DNA from: Trichosphaerium sp. ATCC 40318
Lineage: Eukaryota > Protista > Tubulinea
Reading direction: 5' to 3'
Length of the DNA stretch: 64,000 nucleotides
Assembly: GCA_038496445.1 (NCBI GenBank)
Contig: JALMLS010000448.1
Location: forward strand, 186,001 to 250,000
Shown here: in pieces, positions 1 through 12,029 of the stretch
Position numbering within the stretch: the stretch's first letter is position 1
Layout: each line of letters starts with the position of its first letter
Made by a program: the position numbers and the translations under genes
The notes under the pieces: model-generated
What the model saw: the letters and a program-made list of their open reading frames with translations, nothing else
Told to the model about the DNA's origin: nothing
Databases searched by the model: none

Positions 1-191
1 AATTTCATTTTTGCTTGTCAAGAGCCTGACAGGGATGCTAGAAGTTTATTAGATGAGCTATATCTTCAAGTACGATTTATCTATTATTAGTATTCGGGAA
101 CGACTTTTTTGTTCTTATTGTTTTCACGTTTTAGGGAAAGTACAGGAAGAAACATTTTAAAAGAATAGTGAAGAATACTCTGCGCTATTAG
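1..191 (+). CDS. 3' end of a spliced hypothetical protein (partial)
   Basis: Frame 1 reads NFIFACQEPDRDARSLLDELYLQ, then a GTACGA...TTAG intron, then GKYRKKHFKRIVKNTLRY* with TAG at 189-191. Confidence 0.4.
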
Positions 192-538
192 GCGCATTAA
201 ATCAAGTTGCTTTCTTGAAATTCGAGTTTTATTAAGAAGAATCTGATGTTGACGGCGGTGGTCACGAACGTGAAATATCTATCAATCCGTCTCCTCTTGT
301 ATTTCTTTAGCGAATGGCTCTATGTACATTGTCAATAATAAACCATTTCCAAAAATGACATCTCAGTCTCATGCACACAGACTTACTGTTGACGACTGGA
401 TTAATGGTTTATAGCGTTGATAGGCTATTCGCAGTATGCGTTCGTGGGAGAAATTCTGACTAGCCCTGCGGGCGCAATGAGGCAACTTGGTCTGCAATAG
501 TCAATATTTGGTTAGTCATTTGACGCCTCTTCGTTCGT

Positions 539-2140
539 ATGTTCCTCAAGCGGAGCCAAAAGAAGCTCTTGCGTAACTTCGATCTATTTCCCAAGTCAAA
601 AGATGAAGTTCTGATAAGAACAGGCACAAGTGGCGTCAGTACGTAATATAATGCGTAGTGATGCGTTTGGAGTATGCTTATAGATATAGTTTCGTTGTTT
701 ACGTGGTTAATACTCGCATTTCTTCTTTTGTATCATTTCGGTGACTACTTGCTGCCTGAAGTATCGTCCACAGTAACTTTGGACTCTAACACGTTGGGAG
801 ATCAATTACACATTACATTCGACATCGAAATGCCTGGTACGTTATTGTGGCGCGTACCAGTGCTCAAGCGCTTGTTTTTGTTTAACGCTCTATCAAAATA
901 TGTGTAAAAACACAACGCGCTAACACCAGATAGGTATGCCGTGTACTGAATTCGCCATGGATTTTTTTGACAACTCTGGCGATCTAGCACTATCAACAAA
1001 CAAAGACTTGAAAAAAATTAGACAACCAAGTACGCATCCTCAGTTGCAAGCTTGCTTCTTCGTCTTAATTAATCGAATGTAGATGGAGGTTGTAGAGTTA
1101 AGGGGCACCATTTGGTAAACAAAGTAAAGGTATGAGTACAACTTCTTTACCCAGCTTGGCCAATATACGTTCACTGTAGTGATTTTTACTGAACCGTTGT
1201 AGGGTGAATTTAATATAGCTTTCGGTAAAGAAGCAGCAGCGCTTGACACAGACTCTGTAGATGATGTTTATCACCCTCGCATCGTACATAGGTACTTGCC
1301 AATCTGCTATTACTGAACTGCAGTAATTTCTGATTTGTTTTTTTTTGTTGCTGTAAAAGGCTTCTTTTGTGACAATTTATTTAACTCATATACGTTTAGG
1401 TTTAATCCTCGAGAATTGGACACATTTAACGCTTCACATATAGTACATAAGTGCGTTTTTAAGTTCGTTTTAAAGCAACTCTTGTAATTCTTTTGTTAAG
1501 ATTATCCTTCGGTGAGGATATTCCTGGTGTACCTAATATGCTTGATGACCATAAGAAAATATTTCCGGAAGGTCTAAAAAGGTATGAGATAGAAATTAAA
1601 GCATTTTTTGAAGTGTCAAAAGAGGAGCACAAATTACCTTTTTTTGACCTCTTACGATTGTAATGTATTATTTTTAACACGTGATAAACTAGAGTACTGT
1701 ATTTTATCCATGTCATACCGAGTGAGTACTCATTTGCTGGTGCACTCATAGATAGCAACCAGTACACATATACCGAACATCTAATTGATATTGAATTCAA
1801 AAATGGCCGATTTTGGCAGCCTGGTGTTTTCTTCAAGTATGATATATCCCCTTACATGGTATAGTAGCAATCCTTTATTACTTTAATAGCATCGAGCGCT
1901 TTTTTTGTTGCCTACACAGCGAAAAAAGCGGTAAAATTGATCGAGGTTTTTTTTTTGGATTTGACGGTTATTTTTTAGGTAAAATACGACGCTACAAGGG
2001 AGCCTTTTTCACATTTTATCACTCAACTCTGTGCCGTTTTGGGTGGTATTTTTGCTGTATCGGGTATAATAAGCTCATGTTATTATCATTGCATCAAAGG
2101 GAACTACATGAGGAAAGTACAGGCAAAGTTTTCAGACTAG
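539..2140 (+). CDS. ERGIC2/ERGIC3 (Erv41/Erv46) family ER-Golgi vesicle protein, multi-exon
   Basis: N-terminus MFLKRSQKKLLRNFDLFPK...RTGTSG followed by a TM helix; later FNASHIVH, LSFGEDIPG, PGVFFKYDISPYM, and the C-terminal FSHFITQLCAVLGGIFAVSG are all family motifs. Confidence 0.85.
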
Positions 2141-2471
2141 CTCGTTTTTTTTTAATTTCACCTTTTGGACCAAAAACCATAAATGGAGTCACCAGTGTTC
2201 TGTTTATAGCACACTGTATCCGCGAACAGCATTTGTAAAGATACTACGTTTCTGTTTTGATTAAAATAGAAAGTTTGGTTAAAACGACTCAATTGTATAG
2301 AAGAACCACACCACGGCGTAGAAATAACGATTGATGTTAGTCAGAACGTTGTGGTAGTTACCAAAAAGTTCGCAGTTTTCCACAATTTCAAAAAAAAAAA
2401 AAACTCAAAAAACCTAAGTCCACTTCAAAGCAAACGCACCTCCCTCGTTGTATTCTCCCTAATATCTTATC

Positions 2472-3723
2472 ATGACTACACCAGCTAGTAATGTGTTGCA
2501 TTTCTTCTCTGTTGCTACTCCAAACGGACAAAAAGTGGGTATTGCACTGAAGGAAATGAAGCTTGATTTCGTTGGTGCGTGTTGGTTTTTTTGTTGTAAC
2601 TTGGAATCTATTTTTGCCGTTTGGAAAGCGAAACGGCGCCTAAAATACACATGATACTCTTTAATTGCTTAAATATGCGGTTTAAGATATCCTAACCGCG
2701 TTTTTTAACGTTTACATCAATTATTGTCTAAAGTAGCGCTAATAGTGTATAAAAGGGCATCAAGTACATGTTGGGCGTGGACAGCAGTTTAGACCTGGTT
2801 TTATGAGGCTAAATCCAAATCATAAGATACCGTTGATTATTGACTCAACACCAAGTGCGTCACCTTTCTTAATACTGTCTTCAGGAAGAAAGAAGGCTTT
2901 TTAGTCTGTTTTTCCATGTTTGTAGACTTACTCGTTTCAAAACACCGTTTTTGATATCTTTCGTATACTGCACTCGTAATATAGTCTAATACTATCAAAA
3001 GGTGGTGAGAAGGTTAAGATTTATGAATCTGGGGCTATTTTAATGTATCTAGCCGAAAAAACAGGGAAATTTCTTTCGAAAGATCCTGTCCTTCGATACC
3101 AGACTATTCAATGGGTCTTTTGGCAGAATGCTCATATGAGCCCAATGTTTGGTAAGGAATTAGCTCGACTTCTAAAAACAAAAGCTTGCGAAAACTAACA
3201 CGTGTTTTAAAGGACAATTCACTCATTTTGTAACGTTTGCGAAGGAACGTAAACCTTATAGTATTGCTCGATTTGGAAAAGAAGTTCATCGTATCTTAAA
3301 GGTGTTAGAGGATCACCTTGAAGGTAGATTGTATATAGTCGGTGATGAGTATTCTATTGCTGATATGTGTGTTATACCATGGTTAAACACAATGTCCCTA
3401 AAGTACGTATTGCAATTTCTTCAAACTTTTTTGTATTGATTATTTTTGGCGAATGACCAACCTTCTTTTTAATGTTTCGTACTTTTCTCGAACCTATGGG
3501 TTTTTGTTGTTGTTGGAGAGAAGCCTTCGTTTCCAACTTGTTTTTTTTGTGCCAGAATTTTGTGGGTTTTTTTGACTTTCTGATTTTTTTCGTTAGATTG
3601 GACAGGTTGTTGGCAAGAGAGACTGAGGGTGGATGGGCGTATCCGAATATTGATTTATATTTGGATCGCGTAATGGAACGTCCTTTAACACTTGAAGGTA
3701 TTAAAGTACTACCTTACACATAA
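2472..3723 (+). CDS. Glutathione S-transferase, YfcG/YghU/Ure2-like, multi-exon
   Basis: TPNGQKV motif, LNPNHKIP, ESGAILMYLAEKTGKFL, QWVFWQ, YSIADMCVIPW, YPNIDLYLDRVMERP. Confidence 0.85.
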
Positions 3724-4050
3724 ATGTGTAGAGTTATTGATGTAAATTGATTTGTAAATAAAGTTGTCAAGTTTTTGGTTTATTTGCGTTCACTGGCTTG
3801 TCTTTGAAGGATACCGTTATTATTAACATGTTGATATTACTTAAGTACGTCCTTAAATATACTAGAGGTGTATAACCGAGATATCATTGTCATATACGAC
3901 CGTGTAAGCTTTGGGAGCTATGACGAAAGAAACCCTCTTAAATAGATAAACTTGCAAACATGAACCAAAAGTACATACAAAACGTTTGTGAGTATTTATT
4001 TTAAGAAGACATACACACGTTGTTATGAAATTAATATGAGGTCTTTGTGC

Positions 4051-5922
4051 CTACTCATTGAGGACGATACTAAAAAAGAACATTAGTAAGAAGCAACAAA
4101 TAAGAAGTGTAAACGCACATTTCAGGCATATCAAAGCTACATTCAAACGTCTTTCTACGTAGTCTCCTTCCACTAATAGATCTTTTAGATGGTCTATTGT
4201 ACGGTTCTGCCCTGTTAATATTGACAGCATATCTAATGGACAGTTAGTTAGGCACTTAACAAAAGCTAAAGCACTAATGGTTTAGTACCCAAGATCTCTT
4301 AATCCTTCTACTGTCATTCTTGAAAGAGGATTCACTCCTCCAAAGTTCAATCGAGGTGTCATCAATTCATTATCAAATGTGGATTCCCTCCAATGGCTGG
4401 TAATAGTTTTAGCATTAAAAAGTACAAGGAAGACAATTGTTGTTTCTACCTTAGACGACTGCCTGAACCACCAGTATTTGCAACAGGTATCGAAGTTGCA
4501 GAATTACCAAAAATATTTCTGTACTGAGCTGTCGCAAAAGGTAAAGTATAGCGTGGATCGTTACTATCTGGATTGATGATAACACCAGCTCTTCTTCTCC
4601 AGAAACTTCCAATACCACTACGTTTATGGTTTAGAACAAACGGCACGTGTTTATTACTATGCGTACAGAACGTGTCCTATCTCATGCCTTACTACTTCAT
4701 CAAATTGATTTCTGTTGAGAAGAGATTGAGCATCTGCAATATCAAATCGTATTACGCCAGTGAGCTAACAACCGTTAACAGAGTACAAAATTATTGAAGT
4801 TAAGAAAAAGTCTTTTGCGTATGTTTACTTACTGGAAGACCGTTAGTACCACCACGGATTTCTCTAGGACCTGCGCTTCCAAGAACGGATCCAGGACCAT
4901 CTTAAAAATCACGTGTTAGCTTAAAGCTGCAGAAGTAACAACGTACCAATGGCTGGGAATGTAATGTCAATGTAGAGATCATCTTGCAAAGTTGGATTAG
5001 TTACAGCACAAAATCAACTTTAAGACAAGCCGTACCAACATCCCTAGAGAATTGATTTGATCTACCATTTGCCAAGTCACGTGTGATGATTCCTTCCCAA
5101 ATGCGGCAAGCGGTTTCTGTTTGAGCAAGCTTTAAAAACAGTTGTTAATAAACTTATCACGTGACTTTTTACAAATATACTTACGAGCCTTGTGATTTGT
5201 GGTGTTCGGACGCCGTTGAAACCCCACTCAATGTTGTAAGCCCCATCTTGTCTAACTTCAAAGAAATTAAAGTTCAAGTTCCCAGTGACAAAGGTAATTT
5301 GTATTCTCTTTGCTCCTTGAGTTATACGGCCCATGTTAACGTAGACATCAGTCCACTCTTGCCATCCTTCACAAGGAAAAAGTCAAACAAAAGTGAAGAA
5401 GACAAAAGTTGTGTTGGTACCGCCTGATCCACGAAACACGACTGTTCTGGTAACAGAACCGACTTGAACTCTCACTGTATTTGCGTTGTTGCTTGAAGCG
5501 GCAACGCGAAGTCTGATGGTGTAGTCAGCTGTCCTAGCGAAAACAGGACTAGCGTATACAAGAAACTCCGAAGCTTGAATCCAACCAACATTGCAGTTAC
5601 CGCCCTGAGGATCTGATGTCCTTTGTAAGTCTACTAGTGGACGAGATTGGGTTACACCACATGCGATACCACCTAGTGAGTGTTGTCAATACTTGTTAAT
5701 CTCGTAGACGGAGAAAAGGAAAAAGTTAGTGAGCGAGTACCAAGATTGTTACTTGAGAGTTCTCGCTTTCCAGTAAAACTTTCAGCCTCTATGCGTCCAG
5801 GAACGCGGGTATTCAATTGAGCCGAAGCCTAGAACTTGTGTTATGTTTTTGGTAAATCCAATGAGGCCAAGTATACGTACGAGTGAAAGAAGAGCCACTA
5901 ATACAAACAGAACGTGGTTCAT
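4051..5922 (-). CDS. Secreted CBM6-like domain + leishmanolysin-like (M8-related) HEXXH metallopeptidase, multi-exon
   Basis: Signal peptide MNHVLFVLVALLSL; CBM6-like VDLQRTSDPQGGNCNVGWIQASEFLVY...DYTIRLRVAAS; DGPGSVLGSAGP; VVRHEIGHVL; HWRESTFDNELMTP...NPLSRMTVEGLRDLGY. Confidence 0.7.
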
Positions 5923-6917
5923 TGTTGTTTGAAGAGCTGTTGCTTGTGCTGTTTGGATTTTATTTTTGTACAGTTTATCCAAAACTGAGCGCTAGTTTCA
6001 TACCGTTTGTGTGATTCTACCCATTGATGCCATATCGCTAGAATATTGGTAACAGGTTAGCGTGATACCATGCTGCATCGATGTTGCTTCGATAGATCCG
6101 CGCTCTTTACAATGTTTCTTTTATTCAAAACAGCTGGTTGTCATTGCATTTTACTATTGTTTAGCACATTGTGAATAAGTTTTCTATGTTGCGACAGTAT
6201 CGCGTTTTTTTGTTCGATCACGTGATTTTAAAACGTATCGTAAAACATCAATTTACAATTTTGTTTTTTGCTTATCGAAGCAATTATGGAGCATGGTAGT
6301 GTTATCGCTACCAAGATTTTATTTTTAAAAAAAGCTGCTTTCAATATTTGGACAGTGCAAGAATACCACAGGTATTTGTACTGTAGACTGATACAACATA
6401 TATTCGCTAGTGTCGCTAGCATTGCTGTAGTATAGCTAGAACCAGGGTAGGGATGTGTACTTTTCCAGGGTAAGATATTGTTCATTCCCATTTGCGAAAA
6501 CTGTTTACAAAAAAACCTGCTTTTCGTCAGATCGAATACTGGTATGTCTTACTACGTGAATGGCATGTACATACTACAGAAATTTTAGGTTTTTTTCTGA
6601 TCTTTCTTTCTTGTGGTGCTTATGTGGCTTGAGTGTAGTTTTTTTTGTTTTGCTTGACGATCCAGCTATGTGTACACTATGACCAATAAATTGTTATCAA
6701 CAGATTTACGTCATGAGATTACAACAGAGCGTTAAGGACAACCTTGAAACGTCGTGTAAACATCTGCCTCGCTCCAGTAGTGATTGCTAGTAAGTTTTTG
6801 GTATGGGTTAAAAGCTGTGACATTGTCGCTAAAGAAATAAGTTCTACTTCAATGAACGAAAGGTCTGTATTAAATTTATCGCTACGCAATCTCGCACAGT
6901 CATTTAAACAAAATACA

Positions 6918-7935
6918 ATGAAGCGCAACGCCTCAATATCACTCAACAAACGCCCCAATAAGATAAGAAAGCTTACAAACCATTGTACACATGCTTTGGA
7001 GTCATTAACGGATGATGAACTTATAGACCAGTTAAATAAATGCCAAGTACCTTTAGAATCACTCTCAAGACAGATTATAAATCGCATTGGTAGTATATAC
7101 GGGAATGAAGTTATAAAATCATTGTACGACTTCCACAAACATCTCAAGCTTCCTGATATCAAAAATAATGAAGACGCTAAACTCAAAGTGTTATTGACAT
7201 TACAAGCGCATATAAACTCAACTGTACAAATAACTTCACTTACCAACATATTCAAATCTCGCTTTTGTGACTGGATAACATCTATGAGAGAGTTTTTACA
7301 GAATTATAAGGAAACAGCAGAGTCAATAGAAGAGACAAGTGTAGATTCAGACTGGGCTGGAACCAACTTTCCAGTGCCAACATGTGGCGGTGAAGAACAG
7401 ATAAATCAATTAGTTATGTTGGGCGAACTTGTTAAGGTTTACAGGGAAGGTACAAAAACCGTGTTACAAGTAACTTGTGGTTTTATCTTTTCTTGTTTTT
7501 TTCTCGCACCTGCGACCATTTGCAACATTTCTTAGAAAGTTTTATAAGTTGATTAATGTTTTCTCAGATGAACATATAATAGAAATAGGCCAAGAATGTA
7601 CAAATACCGTAGCCCATGCAAAAGTTGGTACAATAGATCTTAGCTTTGAAACTACTTCGTGGTTATCACATAGAGGGGACTATAAAGCCAAAGTGTCCTT
7701 TAACAGTAATGGTAAGCTCATCTATGAAAAATACAGAGACGATAGAAATGATCATATACAAGGTGCCTTTGAAGAAATAGCGACACTTCAAAAAGACATG
7801 TTTGCACTTATTACACCTCAACTTGCGAACGATTCAAAAATGGTTTTTACAAAGTTTCAGTTTCTCACTTTTTTACACATTATATTCAACTATAACTATG
7901 CCACAATGAGTTCTTCCAATTTCTTCGATATTTAA
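6918..7935 (+). CDS. Orphan family protein, copy 1 (2 exons)
   Basis: MKRNASISLNKRPNKIRKLTNHCT...EEQINQLV, a phase-1 intron at about 7450-7567, then ...LQKDMFALITPQL...FLTFLHIIFN. Clearly paralogous to 55091-56014 and 56566-57516. Confidence 0.8.
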
Positions 7936-8058
7936 TAACCTGGACACAGTTACTAGATTTCAGTTTGTAACATTGTTGTACCTAAATCTGAAAGTACATA
8001 AATTTATGCTTAAATACGACGGTGAATATGAATGATAGTGAAGTGTTTATTTACTGCT

Positions 8059-9158
8059 TTACAAACTCTTTAAAGCATCTTTGGCATAGTTAACCCATCT
8101 AAGAGATAATAAGGGACATGTTGATAATTCTTCTAACTCTTCTTTAGACAAAGAAGGTCCTTTTAGAAGTCTGTGCACATGATCAATTGTAATTTTTGGG
8201 TACACACGCTTGACACGATAAATCACGTCTCCAACGTTCATTTCACCGGCCTGTTATGATTGTTAGATAATTGATATCACACGCATTTCATGTTACCTCA
8301 AGAACAGTATAGAACCATCCAGTGCGACGGAGTTCCCATGAAAAGTCGGTAAATTTCTTGTATTTGAAACTCATGCTTATTTTAGGGCATGGCTTCCTTG
8401 GTTGACTTGCCTAGTAGAAAAAAACGTTGGCGTAGTTTAAATAAAAGGTTTTTTTACTTGTAAGAGCGTAGTTCCAATTTTGTAGACGTCACCTAACGAG
8501 AATTAATATGATGAATTGATAAAAAAAAAAGTTAATTGTTTGGCCGCACCAACGCACACATCGGTCTCTGTCATGCCTGAGAAATGGTTAGTTGTATTTC
8601 AGTGTATAGCGCACCAGTGCTCAATATTTGTTCCCCAAACCCTGGTGCCTTGATACTATCTGGTTTTGGCATGTCGTCATCAACCTTCATTTGGTTTAAA
8701 ACTTGAAGCTACGTCCTGTTTTATCACGTGTACCTCTTCACGGGCGTGATATTCATTAATCTTTGAGACTAATAACTCGTAGCTTTCTGAAGCATACTGC
8801 ATTATAGCCCTATCAGGGTCGTTATGTCCTTTGTCCACACGAGTATCGCCTAGTTTGCCGAGTCAGCATGGCTCAATTTTGGGTTTTGGAGCTCACCTGG
8901 AATGCCTGTTCCTATTTCAACTTTGCATTTGCCTTCCTTGATAGGTGTACGTCGTATGGTACTCATGAGAGGTTTATTTCGTTTGTTGTAACCTAGTGTT
9001 GTTGATTAAGCGCAAAACACCGGATAGTGACATGACACGCACTCAATACAGTCGGTACACCAGAGAAGAGGCCTATTACCTTACCACAGGGAACTAATTC
9101 ACTCTACACAACGGTTATGTACTATTCGTTACAGTACCAAACGCACGTTGTCAGCCAT
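8059..9158 (-). CDS. MOSC domain protein, YiiM-like (MOSC + 3-alpha), multi-exon
   Basis: GHNDPDRAIMQY, GFGEQI, GMTETDVCVG, DVYKIGTTLLQ, VSQPRKPCPKI, RRTGWFYTVLE, GEMNVGD match YiiM motifs. Confidence 0.8.
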
Positions 9159-9432
9159 GCTGTTGTGTCAATGATTTATGAGTTCAAAAGGTATGCCACA
9201 GTCACTGAACTGATCCCCGTAAATTTAAACTTTTTTGGGGTTCAAAGAGCGAAAAACAGTGGCTGACGCTATTGATACCGAGTCAATTTTGTTGGGCAAT
9301 AGTGTAAATTCAGTTTGACACGCGAATGTTGAGTAAGCGTTTTCACAAGTCAAGATTGATAGAATTTACTGAACTTGGTACACCCACTGGTAGTGAGGAA
9401 ACGTTAGACAATACTTCGTGATAGTCGTTATT

Positions 9433-11659
9433 ATGGCCAGGTCTGGAGAATACATGTTGAAAGTGGGTAATGTACCGTACGAAGGTAATAAGATCGTTGT
9501 TTGTGGTGTAATAACCGTTTTAGCCAACGAAGACGACGTAATGCGTGCTTTGGCTGCGTACGGCCCTTCATACGCGTATTTAATGCGTACAATGCGTAAT
9601 GGCCAATCTCGCTCCCAAGGTTGGGGTGGAGTGTTTTTCCCAAGCCACCAACCAGCACGCAACGCTGTTATGGACTGTACGTCTAATTAGCGAAAAACAT
9701 ACAATTTTGCAAATCGTCTCTGTGATTTGACACGTTACCAAGATGACTCTGCCAAACGTATATAGTATTTATACACAACATAGGTGTTGACAAACCAATT
9801 TACTTACACGGAAGAAACCTACGCGTTGAACACGCATCGCAAAAAGAGATAGGTAACGTGCTTATGTTTGATATTATTGCTGTCCTTTTTGACGCATTGT
9901 AGGAATAATTTCAACAAAAATGAAAGGACAAAGACAGAATAGATTTCCCAATAAGCCAAACCATAATAATCAGGTTAGATATGCGTAGTATACCCTTTTG
10001 ACTAATGGGTAGCGATTTAATAATAATCAACAACACAACATGCCTCCACAACACTCTAGAGCAACACCGTACGCAAAATAAGTAAGGCGTATAATTCACA
10101 GTTTTTGTAGAATAGCTAAGCCGAATTTTGCAGCAGGTGCGTCACTTTCATCAATGTATAGGCATTCCAATACTCACTCACTTGCAGACTCATTAACAAA
10201 CTTACTTGGCCAATTAACGTGAGTTTGTTTTCTGTCAATAAATACAGAAACATCCAAATTAGAATATTTTCGCAAAAAAGTTATTTTTAACTCGTCAGTG
10301 CAACTCACTACTTTACTCAAGGCCTCCCTCATCACTACCAACAGTAGCAACCTTGATTCCTAATAGACTTGGCCATAAACCACAAGATTTAAACGCTATT
10401 GTACGGTGCTTCTTTTAGTTTTCTTGCTCATTTATTCAAAACGACTATTGCTGCTTTACGAACTAAAAAATAAGAAAACTACCTACCTATGAACTAAATC
10501 AAGAAGGTTAACTTCTGGGACAAAGATTTTCTTCTTGTTGAAGTGGAAACAACACTAGAAGTATATGACGTTTACCTACCTTGCCAAATAGCTATAGTAG
10601 CATTTTCGTACGTCTCTATCTTTTTGTCGGGCTGCAATGCAAGTACCTTACAATAATAACTGTGTAGTTTTCACAAAGGCGTAACTGCCACATTCAACGA
10701 GTTCCCAAAGGCTGGTAGGTTCAGTAAATGGTACGTACGAGTAATTTTACTTGTTATAACTGTTAATGTTTAAGCAATATCCGAAAAAAACCTTTTTTTT
10801 GTCTTCCTTTCCTTATTGTTGTGTTTAAAGTCATTATGGACAAGCAAAGTATAAATCAGAGCAAGTACATGGTATACCAGCGTACAACTTTGATACTGCA
10901 GAGTCTAACTACACTCTCGTTTGGGACAAAATTTGTCAATTTTTGAAACACAATGCAAGGGTACAGGCACCCTTTGGATCAACTCTTTACGCGAAGGTAA
11001 CTGTATTCTAAGCACTTAATATGACCAGAAACGCTTTCTGGGTTTTTTTTACGCGTAACTTCGGAACATCTATAACCGGCTAAAACGCTTTAAATATGTA
11101 TACAACCCGTTTTTTGCGTTATTTAGACGATATGGTTGGGTTTTTTCCTATTTCTCTTTTTGATTTTTTCGCACTTACAGAAAAGGCGTTCTAAATTACT
11201 TACTACAGAGACCACGAGAGAAAACATGTAGTATACAGTGGCTAGCAGAAAGAGCAGGTAAAAAAGATTGTGGTTTTTTTTTGTGAGCCCATGTGCATTT
11301 ACATTTTTTAATTTGAATAGGCAACACAAACCCATTTGGTATCGTACAACCTGTTGAGGATATAATAGAGGCTATACACAAACACTGTAGTAAACCACTT
11401 TTATCTTCTTCTGCACAAGGTTATTTTGATGAACAGACTATCAAACAGACAGATAAAACACCATGGCATCAAGAACAAGATAAACAAAAAAGTATGTTCA
11501 CGTTTTTTACAAATATTTGTTTTTTCTGTTGTATGAAAAGGCAAGTTTCATCCTTCCTCATTTCCTTGTAGGAAAAATTTTAGTTGTGCGCTGGCACGTG
11601 CTAAAGCAATGGCAAATATGTTATGTACACTCGCTAGAAATTTGAATATAGACACTTAA
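9433..11659 (+). CDS. RRM + Maelstrom (MAEL) domain protein, multi-exon
   Basis: RRM: LKVGNVPYEANEDDV...QGWGGVFF...LHGRNLRVEHA. MAEL-like: YLPCQIAIVAFSFHKGVTATFNEF, SEQVHGIPAYNFD, KCSKWLAERAG, PWHQEQD...FSCALARAK. Confidence 0.7.
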
Positions 11660-12029
11660 GAGTAATTTGTAAAATATGTAACCGTATTATGGTACTGTTA
11701 AGAATTCTTAATTTCAAGTATTGTGATGTCATACCGGGCAATTCCGGTTTGTTTGCGACGTTCGCGCGTTAAATATGTTTGTGTGAGATGTATTGCTTGT
11801 TTGGGCGGATAGTCAATTTCGGAATAAACCAAATTTATTCGAGTTAGACTAGAGTGGCCTCTCGTTACGCCACTGAGCGCTTAAAGTGATATACGTATGT
11901 TTATGTACGAATAGCCGTGTCACGATCAGCTCAACGAGAATAACACTCAGGTACAACTGAATTCTGCGTTGGTGCCTTCCGTAGAACGTAATTACGCTTG
12001 TTTTACAAAAGTAACAACAAATAGTCGTT

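Noticed and set aside
6719-7255. 178-aa minus-strand ORF, and similar antisense ORFs over the LRR, Ras and kinase genes
   Set aside because: They lie antisense to better-supported genes.
6918-7935. Orphan family as a transposable element
   Set aside because: No transposase or RT motifs, terminal repeats or target-site duplications were seen, and the intron position is conserved.
8690-8735. In-frame stops in the MOSC gene and others, suggesting pseudogenes or an alternative genetic code
   Set aside because: The stops I checked fall within short canonical introns, and the standard code gives intact proteins.
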